Of a stretch of DNA of 64,000 nucleotides, positions 30,407 to 40,322 are shown in pieces. The notes under the pieces were generated by a model. That model had not been told where the DNA came from. It did no database searches and saw only the letters and a list, made by a program, of their open reading frames with translations. The first letter of the stretch is position 1; each line of letters begins with the position of its first letter. The stretch lies in assembly GCA_965649265.1 (NCBI GenBank), contig CBFGKC010000001.1:306931-370930 (forward strand). Direction: 5' to 3'. The DNA comes from a candidate division WOR-3 bacterium (GTDB lineage Bacteria; Hydrothermota; Tepidihabitantia; B3-TA06). The position numbers and the translations under genes were made by a program.

Positions 30407-31132
30407 CTAATTTTCTTCTTTATCAATACCACGTGCCGTACTGTCAGCACGGGCCAGGTCTTCATGGGTGTCTATTTCTATCCATGGTAGGCCTTTAGTG
30501 CTAAGAGAAAAAATTGGTGCGTCGTGAAGTATACCGGCTATGGCATTTTCGTACCATACCCCGGTATTACCGTTAGAAATCATCTTGTCTATTTCCGCAA
30601 AAAGTGACCGGGAGAAGTCTTTTCCAAATTTCGCCAACCCGATGTATTCGCCGCCGCTTTCCTTTGGATCAAGGGTCTTGGAGATGGCTGTGATCCGCGA
30701 GTTACCGTCAAGCATTACTTTCATTTCCTCTTCTGCAAGTGGGTGGATATCATCCACGACGAGAAGGTTCCCTCTTTTATCCTCAAGGAGATTGAAAAGA
30801 AGGTTTGGATGAAACAGTACGTCGCAGTTCAAAAGCAGGAAGTCCGCTCCACGCAGCTCGTTTCTTGCCAGCCATAGCGAGTAGATGTTATTCGTCGTTT
30901 TGTAGAGCTCGTTGTTGATGAAGTTGCAGTTATGGGCATACGGGAACAATGTTGAAGCCTGATGGCCCGATAAAACGATTATATCTTCAGGTTCGAGACC
31001 GGCTGTGTATATGGCTTTCAGCGAACGCTCAAACAGGGTCCTCCCCCCCACGTCCAGCAGTGCCTTGGGTTTTTCGATCGTAATCGGGTGAAGCCTGCGG
31101 CCTTCACCTGCCGCCAGTATTATCGCTTTCAT
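30407..31132 (-). CDS. Nucleotidyltransferase (LicC/phosphocholine cytidylyltransferase family)
   Basis: ILAAGEGRRL, KPKALL, NNIYSLWLA, LLNCDV, GEYIGL, WIEIDTHEDL. Confidence 0.9.
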   Translation of the reverse strand: MKAIILAAGEGRRLHPITIEKPKALLDVGGRTLFERSLKAIYTAGLEPEDIIVLSGHQASTLFPYAHNCNFINNELYKTTNNIYSLWLARNELRGADFLLLNCDVLFHPNLLFNLLEDKRGNLLVVDDIHPLAEEEMKVMLDGNSRITAISKTLDPKESGGEYIGLAKFGKDFSRSLFAEIDKMISNGNTGVWYENAIAGILHDAPIFSLSTKGLPWIEIDTHEDLARADSTARGIDKEEN

Positions 31133-31796
31133 TTTTTACCTTTGCGAGTTTAATTTTGATGACAAGTGTTGTTATTCCGTAAAGCAAGCTTGCAATGCAG
31201 ATTGAGTAAGTGGGTAAGTGGGGTATGAGCCATGCCAAAAGCGGACCCAGGAAAAGCAAGAAAAACTGTTCGTCGAAAGCCGTGTATAAAGAACCCACAC
31301 GGGGGATGATTCGTTTCTCGAAAGGGGCTGGCGGATAGGTGTTATTTTTCGGAGGGATATGATGAGCGACAAGATGGATAATGTAATGAAAAACCAGTCC
31401 CCCGCATGTTATAAGCAACCAGACCAGCCCGAACTGCCGGAAAATTCCCCACCCCAGAGCAACATACGCAAGATTCGATCTTACGAAATCGACCAAGGGA
31501 TCAAGCTTGCGGCCGAATTCGGTTTGTTTTTTTGTAAGCCTTGCCAGTTTGCCGTCGGTGCAGTCCAGTATCCATGAGAATTGAAAACACAGAGCCCCGA
31601 AGAGCAGGGACAATCCATCACCCAGCCAGAAAAAATAAAATGAAGCGAAACCTGGCACCAGACTTGACAACGTGACCGCGATGGGGTGAATGCCGGTTTT
31701 TGAAAGCAACCTGGCCAGCGGTGTAGCTACCGGATCTGCAAACAGAACCGTACTCCAGGCGTCTGTTTCCTTGACGAAAGAGGATCTAGGCTCCAT
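31104..31796 (-). CDS. CDP-alcohol phosphatidyltransferase family protein
   Basis: DCTDGKLAR...FGRKLD motif; promoter directly upstream. Confidence 0.88.
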   Translation of the reverse strand: MEPRSSFVKETDAWSTVLFADPVATPLARLLSKTGIHPIAVTLSSLVPGFASFYFFWLGDGLSLLFGALCFQFSWILDCTDGKLARLTKKQTEFGRKLDPLVDFVRSNLAYVALGWGIFRQFGLVWLLITCGGLVFHYIIHLVAHHIPPKNNTYPPAPFEKRIIPRVGSLYTAFDEQFFLLFLGPLLAWLIPHLPTYSICIASLLYGITTLVIKIKLAKVKNESDNTGGR

Positions 31797-31967
31797 GTAA
31801 GTGAAGTCTATCTATTTTGCATGTAGTGTCAATGAGAATCCGGGAAGTGTACGACCGGATGATCTTATCAAAAGCTTAACCAAGCTATTGAAAAAGAGCA
31901 AGAGCATTCGTATAATTATTGGGATGAATCATAAAAATCGAATTGAACTCGCCGTAAGGAAAATTAA

Positions 31968-33161
31968 TTGAGAGTGAATAAAGCTGAAGAATCTCCGCAC
32001 ATTGTAATGTTGGCTCCTTTTTTCCCTCCTTACAAGGGAGCGGTTTCTTCGCGCCTGGAATCGTTTGCAAGATACTGGACGCGGTTCGCGACGGTAACAG
32101 TTATTACCACAGAGGCATCAAAAGAACCTGAAACTTATCGCCGAATCGTGATTCCTCTGGCGAAGTGGCGTTTTGATTTTCTTAAGATGCCTTACCGTTT
32201 CCCCGCACTTCTTCGACAGGTGAAAAGAATTTCTCCAGATATCCTTTTCGCAAGCATCCCTCCGGTCTGGCCGCTCCTTGAAGCTCATTTCCTGAGTAAA
32301 CGTCTGGGTTTGCCTTTGACTGTAGACGTCAGGGATTTGCCTACATCCACGTATCCCATCGATAAAGTGTTTTCTGTTCGTAGGGGATTTAACCTTTTAG
32401 CACAAACACTTTCACGATATTTGTTGAGGAAAAAAAGGGGAGCGGTTACAGTTACTGAATGCGTATTAGATCAGTTGAGAGAATTTGCAGACATATCTGG
32501 ATTCAAAGGGTGGGTCATCAGAAACGGTAGTGAGATAGAGCATTTCAAGAGATCACGCACCGCCGGGAAAAAGTATGACATAGTTTATTCAGGAACATTT
32601 ATACTTGTGAGGAATCCCAAGTCAATCTTCAAATATTTGCTTACTCTACGTGAGCTGTTTCCTCAAGTAAAAGTGCTGTTTCTTGTGGATTTCGTCGACA
32701 AAAAAATCGAGGAACAGTTTCGTACCGACCTTAAAAAACATTCAATGGAAGAGAACGTAGATTTCCAGGATATGACTTCCACAGAGAGAATCCCGGAATT
32801 CCTTGGTCGCGCGAGATTGGGACTTGATTCTCTCGTGTCATCAAGTCACACGTACAAGGGTGCTGTCAGCGCAAAGGACTATGAATATCTTGCTGCAGGC
32901 TTGCCCGTGGTGGGGCTAATAGATCCAGATTTCTACGTCGAAACCAGGCGTATTATCTCTGATAACGCAGTGGGGATACTCGATCCAGATCCTTTAAGCC
33001 TCGCGCGTAAGACCGCGGAATTACTTAAGAATCCCTTACGTTTGAAGGAGATGTCCGACAAAGCGCGGAAGGTGGGTGAACGTTTCGACCGCAAACTTCT
33101 CGCGGAGGAGTATTATCGAAAAGTCATTCTTCCAGCCTGGAGGAGATTCAGCGCAGGATAA
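31968..33161 (+). CDS. GT4-like glycosyltransferase
   Basis: FFPPYKGA, DVRDLP, IRNG, YSGT, KDYEYLAAGLPVV. Confidence 0.85.
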   Translation: MRVNKAEESPHIVMLAPFFPPYKGAVSSRLESFARYWTRFATVTVITTEASKEPETYRRIVIPLAKWRFDFLKMPYRFPALLRQVKRISPDILFASIPPVWPLLEAHFLSKRLGLPLTVDVRDLPTSTYPIDKVFSVRRGFNLLAQTLSRYLLRKKRGAVTVTECVLDQLREFADISGFKGWVIRNGSEIEHFKRSRTAGKKYDIVYSGTFILVRNPKSIFKYLLTLRELFPQVKVLFLVDFVDKKIEEQFRTDLKKHSMEENVDFQDMTSTERIPEFLGRARLGLDSLVSSSHTYKGAVSAKDYEYLAAGLPVVGLIDPDFYVETRRIISDNAVGILDPDPLSLARKTAELLKNPLRLKEMSDKARKVGERFDRKLLAEEYYRKVILPAWRRFSAG

Positions 33162-34851
33162 TAACCCTCTGACAGGAAGCTTTTCCCGCCGATTCCAGCC
33201 TTACAAAATAAACGCCGCCTGAAAACCGAGAGACGTCGAGGTTCAAGAATCTTTGTTCCGCACTCACGGGCTGCTTTACTATCAATGAACCTGTGATGTC
33301 GTAGATGCTGATTGCACCTTGGGAACCTGCAGGAATCGAGTAAGCGACAGACAAGCCTCTTTTGTTTATCGAGTTCACTTTCAATGTCGGATTCCATGTC
33401 GCTTCGGGCGCAACCTCCTCCACGCCCTCTTGAGCGAGGCAGTTTATCCCGACGCGGAGTGTGTTATTCGCCGGGTTTTCATCCTGGGGGTGCGAAACGG
33501 AAATAACGAGAACGGCGGTGTCCGGAACCGTCCAGTTTTCTTTCATGATAATGGTGTCCGACTCCAGAAAGCCGAGATCAGTCGTCCACGAACCCGAGGC
33601 ACTGCCGGAAAGCGTCAGCTGAACGCCGTTCAAGGGGTCCCGGCCGTAATTTGTCACAATCGCCTCGAGATCGATCATTGTTCCCTTTTGAATCTCGTCT
33701 CCGTTGCGTATGCCTCTAAGCTCGAGAACGCCGGCGTCCTTGTCGTAAACCTTGCCTATCAGCCTGTCGAGCCCCATCATTGCCAGGTACGATGTGACCC
33801 AGCACATGTCTATCGTATCTGCGTCCTGAGTCGTGGCCATTATGCCGCCGTCGTTATCGGTGTCGTACGAAAGAAGCTTGTTTGTGAGCCAGAGGTGATG
33901 TCTCTTGTAAGTGGTGTCGTGCGAAATGTCGTACATGGCTCCTTGTCCGTTTGCGTAGGCTACGTTCCACGAGTTGTCCCACGAGTAATAGTCGACATTT
34001 TGCCAGACCTGGAAGGTATCGAGGTAAGATCCGTTCTCACTGATCCACTGCTTTCCGCGCGCCGTATCACTCTGAAAGGTCGAGTTGCAGAATCCCCACA
34101 TCATTGTGCCTGCCGACATCGCCCAGTACTCTTCCTTCAAAACGACCTCAGGCGTTCGCCACTTCATCCATGAGATTATCGAATCGGACACGGCACAGGC
34201 GGTGTCCAGGGCTTCCTGGTCGTCATTTTCCACTCCGTATTTGTAAAGCCAGCCCGCGCACCAGCCCATAACATGACGGTCCAGCACTGCCCATTTATTC
34301 AAGCGCGGCGTTGCCACTTTCATGAATCGTGCGCACGAGTCCCTGTACCAGGTCCAGTTTTCGTCACCGTAAACACGGCGGTATCGCTCTTCGGCGGCTA
34401 TACCCCACGCGCAGTTGTGGGAGGGATAGTATTGACCTGTTTGTGACTCCTCTTTCCATGCGGGAAAGCGGTTGCAGTATTGCCAGGCCTTGTCGATATT
34501 CTTTCTGTATCTTGCCGTGTCGCCGGTTAATTCGCCGTATCGCGACCACACCCATATGGCCTCCTGGGTGTTGTCGGTCTGAATCACGGGTCTCAAAGGA
34601 CCCGTTTCGGCCTCGATCATTCCGCCGTCGTCAACAGAGTCCGCATCGTCCAGCTGCCATAGAGCAATGAAGTCGGCGATCTGGCGAAACTCGAACAAAT
34701 AGTTGAATCTGAGTCTTGTGGGATCGGTGGTGTCTGCCGCTAGATTGGGATGACAGGGCAAACCCGGATATTGTCCTTCGCGAACGGGTGCGGTCGCCCA
34801 CAATGCCGATATCGCCCCAAATCCTGCAACTAACAATACAAACCTTTTCAT
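33148..34851 (-). CDS. Secreted protein with helical aromatic-rich domain, CARDB-like domain and T9SS CTD
   Basis: Signal peptide; QDENPANN; IYDITG...GVYFVRL. Confidence 0.75.
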   Translation of the reverse strand: MKRFVLLVAGFGAISALWATAPVREGQYPGLPCHPNLAADTTDPTRLRFNYLFEFRQIADFIALWQLDDADSVDDGGMIEAETGPLRPVIQTDNTQEAIWVWSRYGELTGDTARYRKNIDKAWQYCNRFPAWKEESQTGQYYPSHNCAWGIAAEERYRRVYGDENWTWYRDSCARFMKVATPRLNKWAVLDRHVMGWCAGWLYKYGVENDDQEALDTACAVSDSIISWMKWRTPEVVLKEEYWAMSAGTMMWGFCNSTFQSDTARGKQWISENGSYLDTFQVWQNVDYYSWDNSWNVAYANGQGAMYDISHDTTYKRHHLWLTNKLLSYDTDNDGGIMATTQDADTIDMCWVTSYLAMMGLDRLIGKVYDKDAGVLELRGIRNGDEIQKGTMIDLEAIVTNYGRDPLNGVQLTLSGSASGSWTTDLGFLESDTIIMKENWTVPDTAVLVISVSHPQDENPANNTLRVGINCLAQEGVEEVAPEATWNPTLKVNSINKRGLSVAYSIPAGSQGAISIYDITGSLIVKQPVSAEQRFLNLDVSRFSGGVYFVRLESAGKASCQRVIILR

Positions 34852-34980
34852 GACTGTGCCTCCTAGACGCTATCCTAATCCATGCGCACGGCTTTGTCAA
34901 GCTGGAGTCTTGCGCCCTCCCCACCAAAAAAAGGGCGGCTTACGCCGCCCACAGTCAAATTTCTCGAAAGTGCAAGGCTA

Positions 34981-35706
34981 TTAAATCGTTACAGTGTATG
35001 TCAGATCAAAGGCTTCACCGTCGCAAGTGCCCTTGAAATTCAATACGTGGGATCCGGTGGGGATAAGAACGGTTCCGCCGTCAATGACATAGTCCTGAGT
35101 GGTGTAATTCTGATCGGCTGTCCTCGCGCCTTTTTCAGCATTATCTGTAAAGGAATTATACCCGGGCACCGTGATGGTGAAGGAAGATAATGTCACGTCG
35201 TAATTAAACGAATACGTATAAGCAACATGGTATCCGCCGTAGCTCGTTGCGCCTGACGCCGCGACGGCCAATGGTTCAACAAATATGGCCATGGAAATCT
35301 CGCCCACGTCGGTCATCTTTCCGTCCTCTACGGTCAGCTTCTGTCCGCCCTCGCCGGGTTTGTATGTCCCGCCGTAAACGCCGACAAGATCACCGCCTGA
35401 TACCTCGCCGTCACCGTCCATGTCTTTCCAGGCCAGAAGATAGTAGTAGCCCGTAAGAACGTCCTCGAGTTTGAAATCGGCATTGCTAAGGTCGCTACCG
35501 CTGGACTCGGATTGACCTATCTTGACCGGATCGCCGGTAAGATCCGAAGTCTCATAAAGCTCTATCCGCGCGTTTCGCACGTCGCCGGTTTGACCCGGTT
35601 CGAGTATCAATGAACCCTTGACGCCCGTTGAGCCGAAAATACTGCACCCTGCAAATATAGCCGCGAGAAACACCGCTGAACCAAGAAGAACGAGCTTCTT
35701 TGTCAT
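34981..35706 (-). CDS. Lipoprotein with transthyretin/carboxypeptidase-regulatory-like domain
   Basis: Lipobox FAGC; TGYYYLLAWKDMDGDGEVSGGD (Ca-binding-like loop). Confidence 0.75.
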   Translation of the reverse strand: MTKKLVLLGSAVFLAAIFAGCSIFGSTGVKGSLILEPGQTGDVRNARIELYETSDLTGDPVKIGQSESSGSDLSNADFKLEDVLTGYYYLLAWKDMDGDGEVSGGDLVGVYGGTYKPGEGGQKLTVEDGKMTDVGEISMAIFVEPLAVAASGATSYGGYHVAYTYSFNYDVTLSSFTITVPGYNSFTDNAEKGARTADQNYTTQDYVIDGGTVLIPTGSHVLNFKGTCDGEAFDLTYTVTI

Positions 35707-35781
35707 TTCTCCTCCTTGAGGAATTTGGATGTTTTCCTAAGTATAGAAGAGTTGTTCAACAAGTCAACACAACGTTCTGCT

Positions 35782-36531
35782 TCAATCCTTCACCCGTTCT
35801 CCTTCTTCAGTCCCGACTGACACCTGCTCAATGCCGGTCCGGTAGTCGGGGAAGGCGTAGATGACCTTTCCTTTCAGCTTCGAACCGCTCTTCTGGAACG
35901 CCTTCATGACGAGGATGCCGTCCTGCGGGAAACCCATGACGATTACCCCGTCCACCGTCACCACCTCGTCCGTCGTGTTCGAACCGTCCTCGTACACCGC
36001 CTTGGCGCGGTATCCCTCTCCCTCCTTTTCTATCGTCAGGCGATACATGTATGCTTCCTCATCTCCCACATCGGCGGAGCTGATGTCGTAGACGCCCGAG
36101 AAATCCTTGCTCGAAGGCTCAAGTCTTTTAGCATTCTTGCTCGACTCGTACGCGTACTCTCCATCCTCAACCCAAAGCCCGGTAATCCCCGAATCCTGTT
36201 TTTTGTAGATTCCCACGATGCCGTCCTCGCCTTGGGTGTACGCGCAAAGGCAGCCCGAAAGCTCCACGCCTCGTGCACTCTCGCTTCCGGGATAGACCCA
36301 TTCGAGGTTATAGTATTTACCTTCCTTCTTGATGACGAGGTCGATATCATCGTAGCCTTCTCCCGACACCGCGTATTTCCCGCTGAAATCAGTCGGGCGA
36401 GAACGCGTTTCCTCTACTTGGCCGGTTCCCGTCGACCCACGGCCTCCGTTGTCGGAGACCGCGCAGCAGCCTGCGAGGAGGCCTATCGCGGCAAAGGCGG
36501 TAACGCGTCTGAATATACGGAAATCTCTCAT
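35782..36531 (-). CDS. Tandem lipoprotein paralogue 4 (two repeated beta-rich domains)
   Basis: LAGCC; DFSGKY/DFSGVY repeats. Confidence 0.8.
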   Translation of the reverse strand: MRDFRIFRRVTAFAAIGLLAGCCAVSDNGGRGSTGTGQVEETRSRPTDFSGKYAVSGEGYDDIDLVIKKEGKYYNLEWVYPGSESARGVELSGCLCAYTQGEDGIVGIYKKQDSGITGLWVEDGEYAYESSKNAKRLEPSSKDFSGVYDISSADVGDEEAYMYRLTIEKEGEGYRAKAVYEDGSNTTDEVVTVDGVIVMGFPQDGILVMKAFQKSGSKLKGKVIYAFPDYRTGIEQVSVGTEEGERVKD

Positions 36532-36569
36532 AAAAGTCTCTCCTTGTTTGATATTTCATAAATCGGACT

Positions 36570-37334
36570 CTACTCCTTTTCGCCCTTCTCCGTTCCTGTA
36601 ACAACCTCTTCTTCGCCCGATTCATCGTTATAATACGAGTAAAAGAACTTGCCTTCAAGCTTCGAACCGCTCTTCTGAAACGCCTTTGTCACGAGGCTCC
36701 CGCCCACCGGGAATCCCATGACTATTATTCTATCGACCGCAAGGGCGTCCCCGGTTACGGCACTTCCGTCCTCGAAGAACTCGGTCGCCTTGTACGCGCC
36801 CCCGTTCTTCTTAAGGGTCAGGGTATAGGTATAGCTTTCACCGGCGGTGGCGTCAAGCGCCTCGACGGAATAAGAGCCCGAGAAGTCGTGGTTCGAAGGC
36901 TCGAGCGGTTCGGCTCCCTCGCTCATATCGTACACGTATTCGCCTTCTGCGAACCACAGTCCCGCTATGCCGTCTTCCTGTCTTCTATATATCCCGACGG
37001 CACCCTCCTCCCCCGGCGTGGAGGTGCAAAGGTATCTTCCAAGCTCCACGCCCGTGGCGAACCAAGGTTCGCTTGCGGGCACGCCCCACTTGAGACTGTA
37101 ATATTCACCCTCCTTCCTGATCACGAGCAAGAGATCCTCGTACTCCTCGTTCACCATCTCGTACCTGCCGGCGAAGCTTCTCGATGAGGTTCGCGAATCG
37201 TCATCTCTGGGCTTTGTTCTTGTGGTACGGGTGTTCTCGCCTCCTTCCCCGCGCGATAGCAGTCCGCAGCAGCCCGCGACTAATGCGCTCATAATCACAG
37301 CGGTTAAGACCTTAACTATACGACAGCTCCTCAT
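36570..37334 (-). CDS. Tandem lipoprotein paralogue 3
   Basis: VAGCCGLLS; SFAGRY/DFSGSY repeats. Confidence 0.8.
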   Translation of the reverse strand: MRSCRIVKVLTAVIMSALVAGCCGLLSRGEGGENTRTTRTKPRDDDSRTSSRSFAGRYEMVNEEYEDLLLVIRKEGEYYSLKWGVPASEPWFATGVELGRYLCTSTPGEEGAVGIYRRQEDGIAGLWFAEGEYVYDMSEGAEPLEPSNHDFSGSYSVEALDATAGESYTYTLTLKKNGGAYKATEFFEDGSAVTGDALAVDRIIVMGFPVGGSLVTKAFQKSGSKLEGKFFYSYYNDESGEEEVVTGTEKGEKE

Positions 37335-37359
37335 GATTTCCTCCTTGCATTCTTATTAG

Positions 37360-38127
37360 TTATTCTTTTTCGGCTATCTCGCCGTTAGAAAATAAATGCT
37401 CCTTGCGCTCCACGTCGTCGTATTCGGTATAAAAGTACCAGCCGTCGAGCTTGGAGCCTTCCACTTTGTAAATCCTGACCGTGATGCTGCCGCCGACGCC
37501 TACCCCGGAGCAAAAGTAATCACCCGAAGCGATACCTGCGGCGGTGAGCGTGGGTTCCTCCTCGGAGTTCCAGTAGACCTTATAGGTTTGCCCAGTGCGT
37601 CTGATGTAATAAGTCTGTTCGTACCCCTCTCCCTCCCCGTCGAAACCTATCACGCTGTATTTTCCCGAAAGATCGCGAACGGAGGGCCTCAAGGCACTCG
37701 CGCCCGGCGAGCGCTCGGTGAAGTAAGCGTCACCCTCCAGGTTCGTAAAAATTCCCGTGAGCTTCGAGCCCTGTTTTTTGTAAAATCCGAAGATGCCTGG
37801 TTCCCTCTCGCTCTCTACTGCAAGCACATCCTCCCCCTCATAGGCGAAGCCGGAGCCGCTCCACGTCTCTCCGTCCTCGGTCTCCCACTTGAGCTTGTAG
37901 CCCTTCTCGAACCTCTTGATAGTCAGGGTGTATGTCGGACCCTCGCCTTGGTAGACCTCGTATGTGCCTGTGAAGTCACCGCTGTCCTTGTTGTCGGTAG
38001 TTTTCCGGGATACGCTTTTCCCGACTTCCCGCTCGTTACCCTCCTCTCCTTGTGACAAAAGCCCGCAGCAGCCGGTCAGTGCAAGCGCCGCGGCGATCAT
38101 GAAAGTAAAGAACGTCTTTTTTTTCAT
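37360..38127 (-). CDS. Tandem lipoprotein paralogue 2
   Basis: Start MKKKTFF after AAGGAG; LTGCCGLLS; DFTGTY/DLSGKY repeats. Confidence 0.8.
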   Translation of the reverse strand: MKKKTFFTFMIAAALALTGCCGLLSQGEEGNEREVGKSVSRKTTDNKDSGDFTGTYEVYQGEGPTYTLTIKRFEKGYKLKWETEDGETWSGSGFAYEGEDVLAVESEREPGIFGFYKKQGSKLTGIFTNLEGDAYFTERSPGASALRPSVRDLSGKYSVIGFDGEGEGYEQTYYIRRTGQTYKVYWNSEEEPTLTAAGIASGDYFCSGVGVGGSITVRIYKVEGSKLDGWYFYTEYDDVERKEHLFSNGEIAEKE

Positions 38128-38155
38128 TTCTAGACTCCTTCGATTATAAGCACGT

Positions 38156-38899
38156 TCACTCGCGAGAGGCCTTTTCGCTGCCCAGAGACACCTTATCCTC
38201 GCCCTCCTCCTCATCATAGTAGCTGTAGAAGAATTTTCCATCAAGGCGCGAGCCCTTCATCTGGAACAACTTGACTACCATGCTCCCGCCTATCGGAAAG
38301 CCCATGATTATGACGTCATCACAAGCGAAGCCGAAACCCTCCACGCTCGAACCGTCGTCGAAGCTCTCCACGGCCTTGTACAAATCGCCTGAACGCACAA
38401 GCCGCAGGGTGTAGTCGTATTTCTCGCCGGTCTCTTGATCGCGGCTTACAGCGCTGTAGGTGCCCGAAAAGCTGCGGCTCGAAGGCTCTAAAGGCTCTGC
38501 TCCCGCGGTAGTATCGAAGGCAGAAACTTGCTCGCCGTCGCTCCAGAGCGCCGAGAGATTCTTGCCGTCAAGCTTGTATATACCAAGCGTTGCGTCTTCC
38601 CCTCCCTCGCAAACGCCAAGGTAATTGCCGAGCACGACGCCGTAGGCAAACCACGGCTCGCTCTCCGGTTCTGACCACTCGAGACGGTAATAACCGCCGT
38701 GCTTTGTTATTTCGAGTGTCAGATCCTCGAAGTTAGGGTCTTCAATTTCGTAGCTTCCGGCGAAATCCGCCGGCCTGGATGTGCGTTTCGTCTCCTTCGC
38801 TGCGTCGGAGCCGGATGACGATTCGTTGTCACCTTGAGACAAAAGCCCGCAGCAGCCCATCACCGCGAGCGCAATCATCAAGAAAAAGAGTTTCCTCAT
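38156..38899 (-). CDS. Tandem lipoprotein paralogue 1
   Basis: VMGCCGLLS; DFAGSY/SFSGTY repeats; promoter TTGACA-16-TATCCT upstream. Confidence 0.8.
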   Translation of the reverse strand: MRKLFFLMIALAVMGCCGLLSQGDNESSSGSDAAKETKRTSRPADFAGSYEIEDPNFEDLTLEITKHGGYYRLEWSEPESEPWFAYGVVLGNYLGVCEGGEDATLGIYKLDGKNLSALWSDGEQVSAFDTTAGAEPLEPSSRSFSGTYSAVSRDQETGEKYDYTLRLVRSGDLYKAVESFDDGSSVEGFGFACDDVIIMGFPIGGSMVVKLFQMKGSRLDGKFFYSYYDEEEGEDKVSLGSEKASRE

Positions 38900-39069
38900 G
38901 AGTTCCTCCTTGTTTGGTTTTGCCGTAGGATAGTCCGCAGCTCGGGTATGTCAAGGCTCAGGGCGCTCCGGTTCCTCGAACTTTCGGAAATACCTTGGGT
39001 AGGGCGTTGATCATAACCACCGGGGAATGGCAGTTTTGTCGATTTATGAGTAGGGCTGGGGGGGAGGGG

Positions 39070-39711
39070 CTACTTCGGCCTGAAGGTCTCCTCGACCGCG
39101 CGCTCAAGCTCGGCGATGCGGTCGGGGTAGTGATCGGGACCGACGGTTTCGCCCTCGGTGTAATAGATGTAAGTGGTTGAAAGACAAGTTATTCTGAAAT
39201 CGAGCTTGTTAGTCGAGATGATATAGTTCGTAAAGGAACCGCTTTCGTGATCGGCGCCGTCGCAAGCATACACCCACCACTTGCCGCGAATGCGGTATGC
39301 TTCATTGCCGTTGACAGTTATCTTCTGAAACCCCGAGGTATCGTAGGAGATGTAACCGCCGTAGTTGTACAATGGTCGCGGGACCAGGGTATCGCTTGCT
39401 ATATGCGGAAACCAATAAACTAAAATATAATCATTTGGGACATCAACCCAGATATTATCGCTAGTTGAAGAATAATGTTTAACAACACCGGTTTCTTCAT
39501 TTTTATAGCCGTAAGTCTTATTTGACGGCATATAATAAGGAATAAGCGAAGAATCTTTTTCGACGTCTGCCCCGTTAAAACCGTTATCTCGAAAAAAGGG
39601 ATCTAGGGGACAAGAAACGTTAGTGAACTCCTTCCACTCGCTGTATCCTTGCGGAAGCTTAGGGAACTCAGGCGGATACCAGATGCCTGATAAGAGAAGT
39701 AAAACGCCCAC
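39070..39711 (-). CDS. Putative immunity/partner protein B (DUF4837/PsbP-like C-terminal half)
   Basis: Paralogue of 40323-40970: W.P...P.LP..Y..W, R.RG.W..CD...GS.T.Y.I....DFRITC...YPD...LE...EETF.PK. Confidence 0.65.
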   Translation of the reverse strand: MGVLLLLSGIWYPPEFPKLPQGYSEWKEFTNVSCPLDPFFRDNGFNGADVEKDSSLIPYYMPSNKTYGYKNEETGVVKHYSSTSDNIWVDVPNDYILVYWFPHIASDTLVPRPLYNYGGYISYDTSGFQKITVNGNEAYRIRGKWWVYACDGADHESGSFTNYIISTNKLDFRITCLSTTYIYYTEGETVGPDHYPDRIAELERAVEETFRPK

Positions 39712-39716
39712 ACGAA

Positions 39717-39744
39717 AGTATACCCCTGACTACATAGTTGTCAA
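39717..39744 (-). promoter_or_regulatory. Sigma70-type promoter of partner B (leaderless)
   Basis: TTGACA-actatgtagtcagggg-TATACT, 5 nt before GTG; near-identical to 40976-41003. Confidence 0.8.
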
Positions 39745-39751
39745 GACCCGC

Positions 39752-40310
39752 TTACGGTCGGAAAGGCCTCTGTAGCCACGGGCACTCAGGTTGAGGAACA
39801 GGCTCTATGTTGAAGCCTCCCAGTTCCAAAAGGTCCCAGGTCACCGGTCCGCATATCCACTGGTTGCGCTCCCACATGAGTTCGTTGCGGTTGATGTCCA
39901 CGGCTTGCAGCTGCACGGCTCCGTCTCCCAAAAGCACGAAACAAATAAGCTGAAAGTTCCGCAGTGCGGCAGCGGTATCGTTTCCAAAGACGTCGTCCTC
40001 ATCCGCTCTTACTAGCTCCGGGTACTGCATGTATGCGGGTATAAATAGGGGGTAATCACGGTGCAACCTGTTCCGCTCAAGAGTGAACAAATCCTCTATC
40101 TCGTGCCTTGCATCATTGAAAGCGGTGATATAATCTATTCTGTTGTTCAAAGCCCTTTGCATCCGGTGAACCCACTGCTCGCCGTTCTCGCCGGGCCTCA
40201 GAACGGTTTGCACGTCTGTTGCGCCAATCTGCAAAACGGGCTTGAACGCAATGAGGCCGATGCTTTCAAGATGGAGCCTGTACAACGACCACGCGTCCCA
40301 CACGATGACG
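39752..40310 (-). pseudogene. Orphan alternative C-terminus (peptidoglycan-binding region) of the 41006-42715 protein
   Basis: VIVWDAWSLYRLHLESIGLIAFKP.LQIGA, LRPGENGEQWV, FGN.TAAALR.FQL and INRNEL.WERNQW.CGPVTW.LLE are shared; no SD and no N-terminal domain. Confidence 0.8.
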
Positions 40311-40322
40311 GGGGAGGGGGGA

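Noticed and set aside
28569-31796. Archaeal ether-lipid pathway
   Set aside because: No GGGP/DGGGP synthase or prenyltransferase in the window, and the context is a polysaccharide locus.
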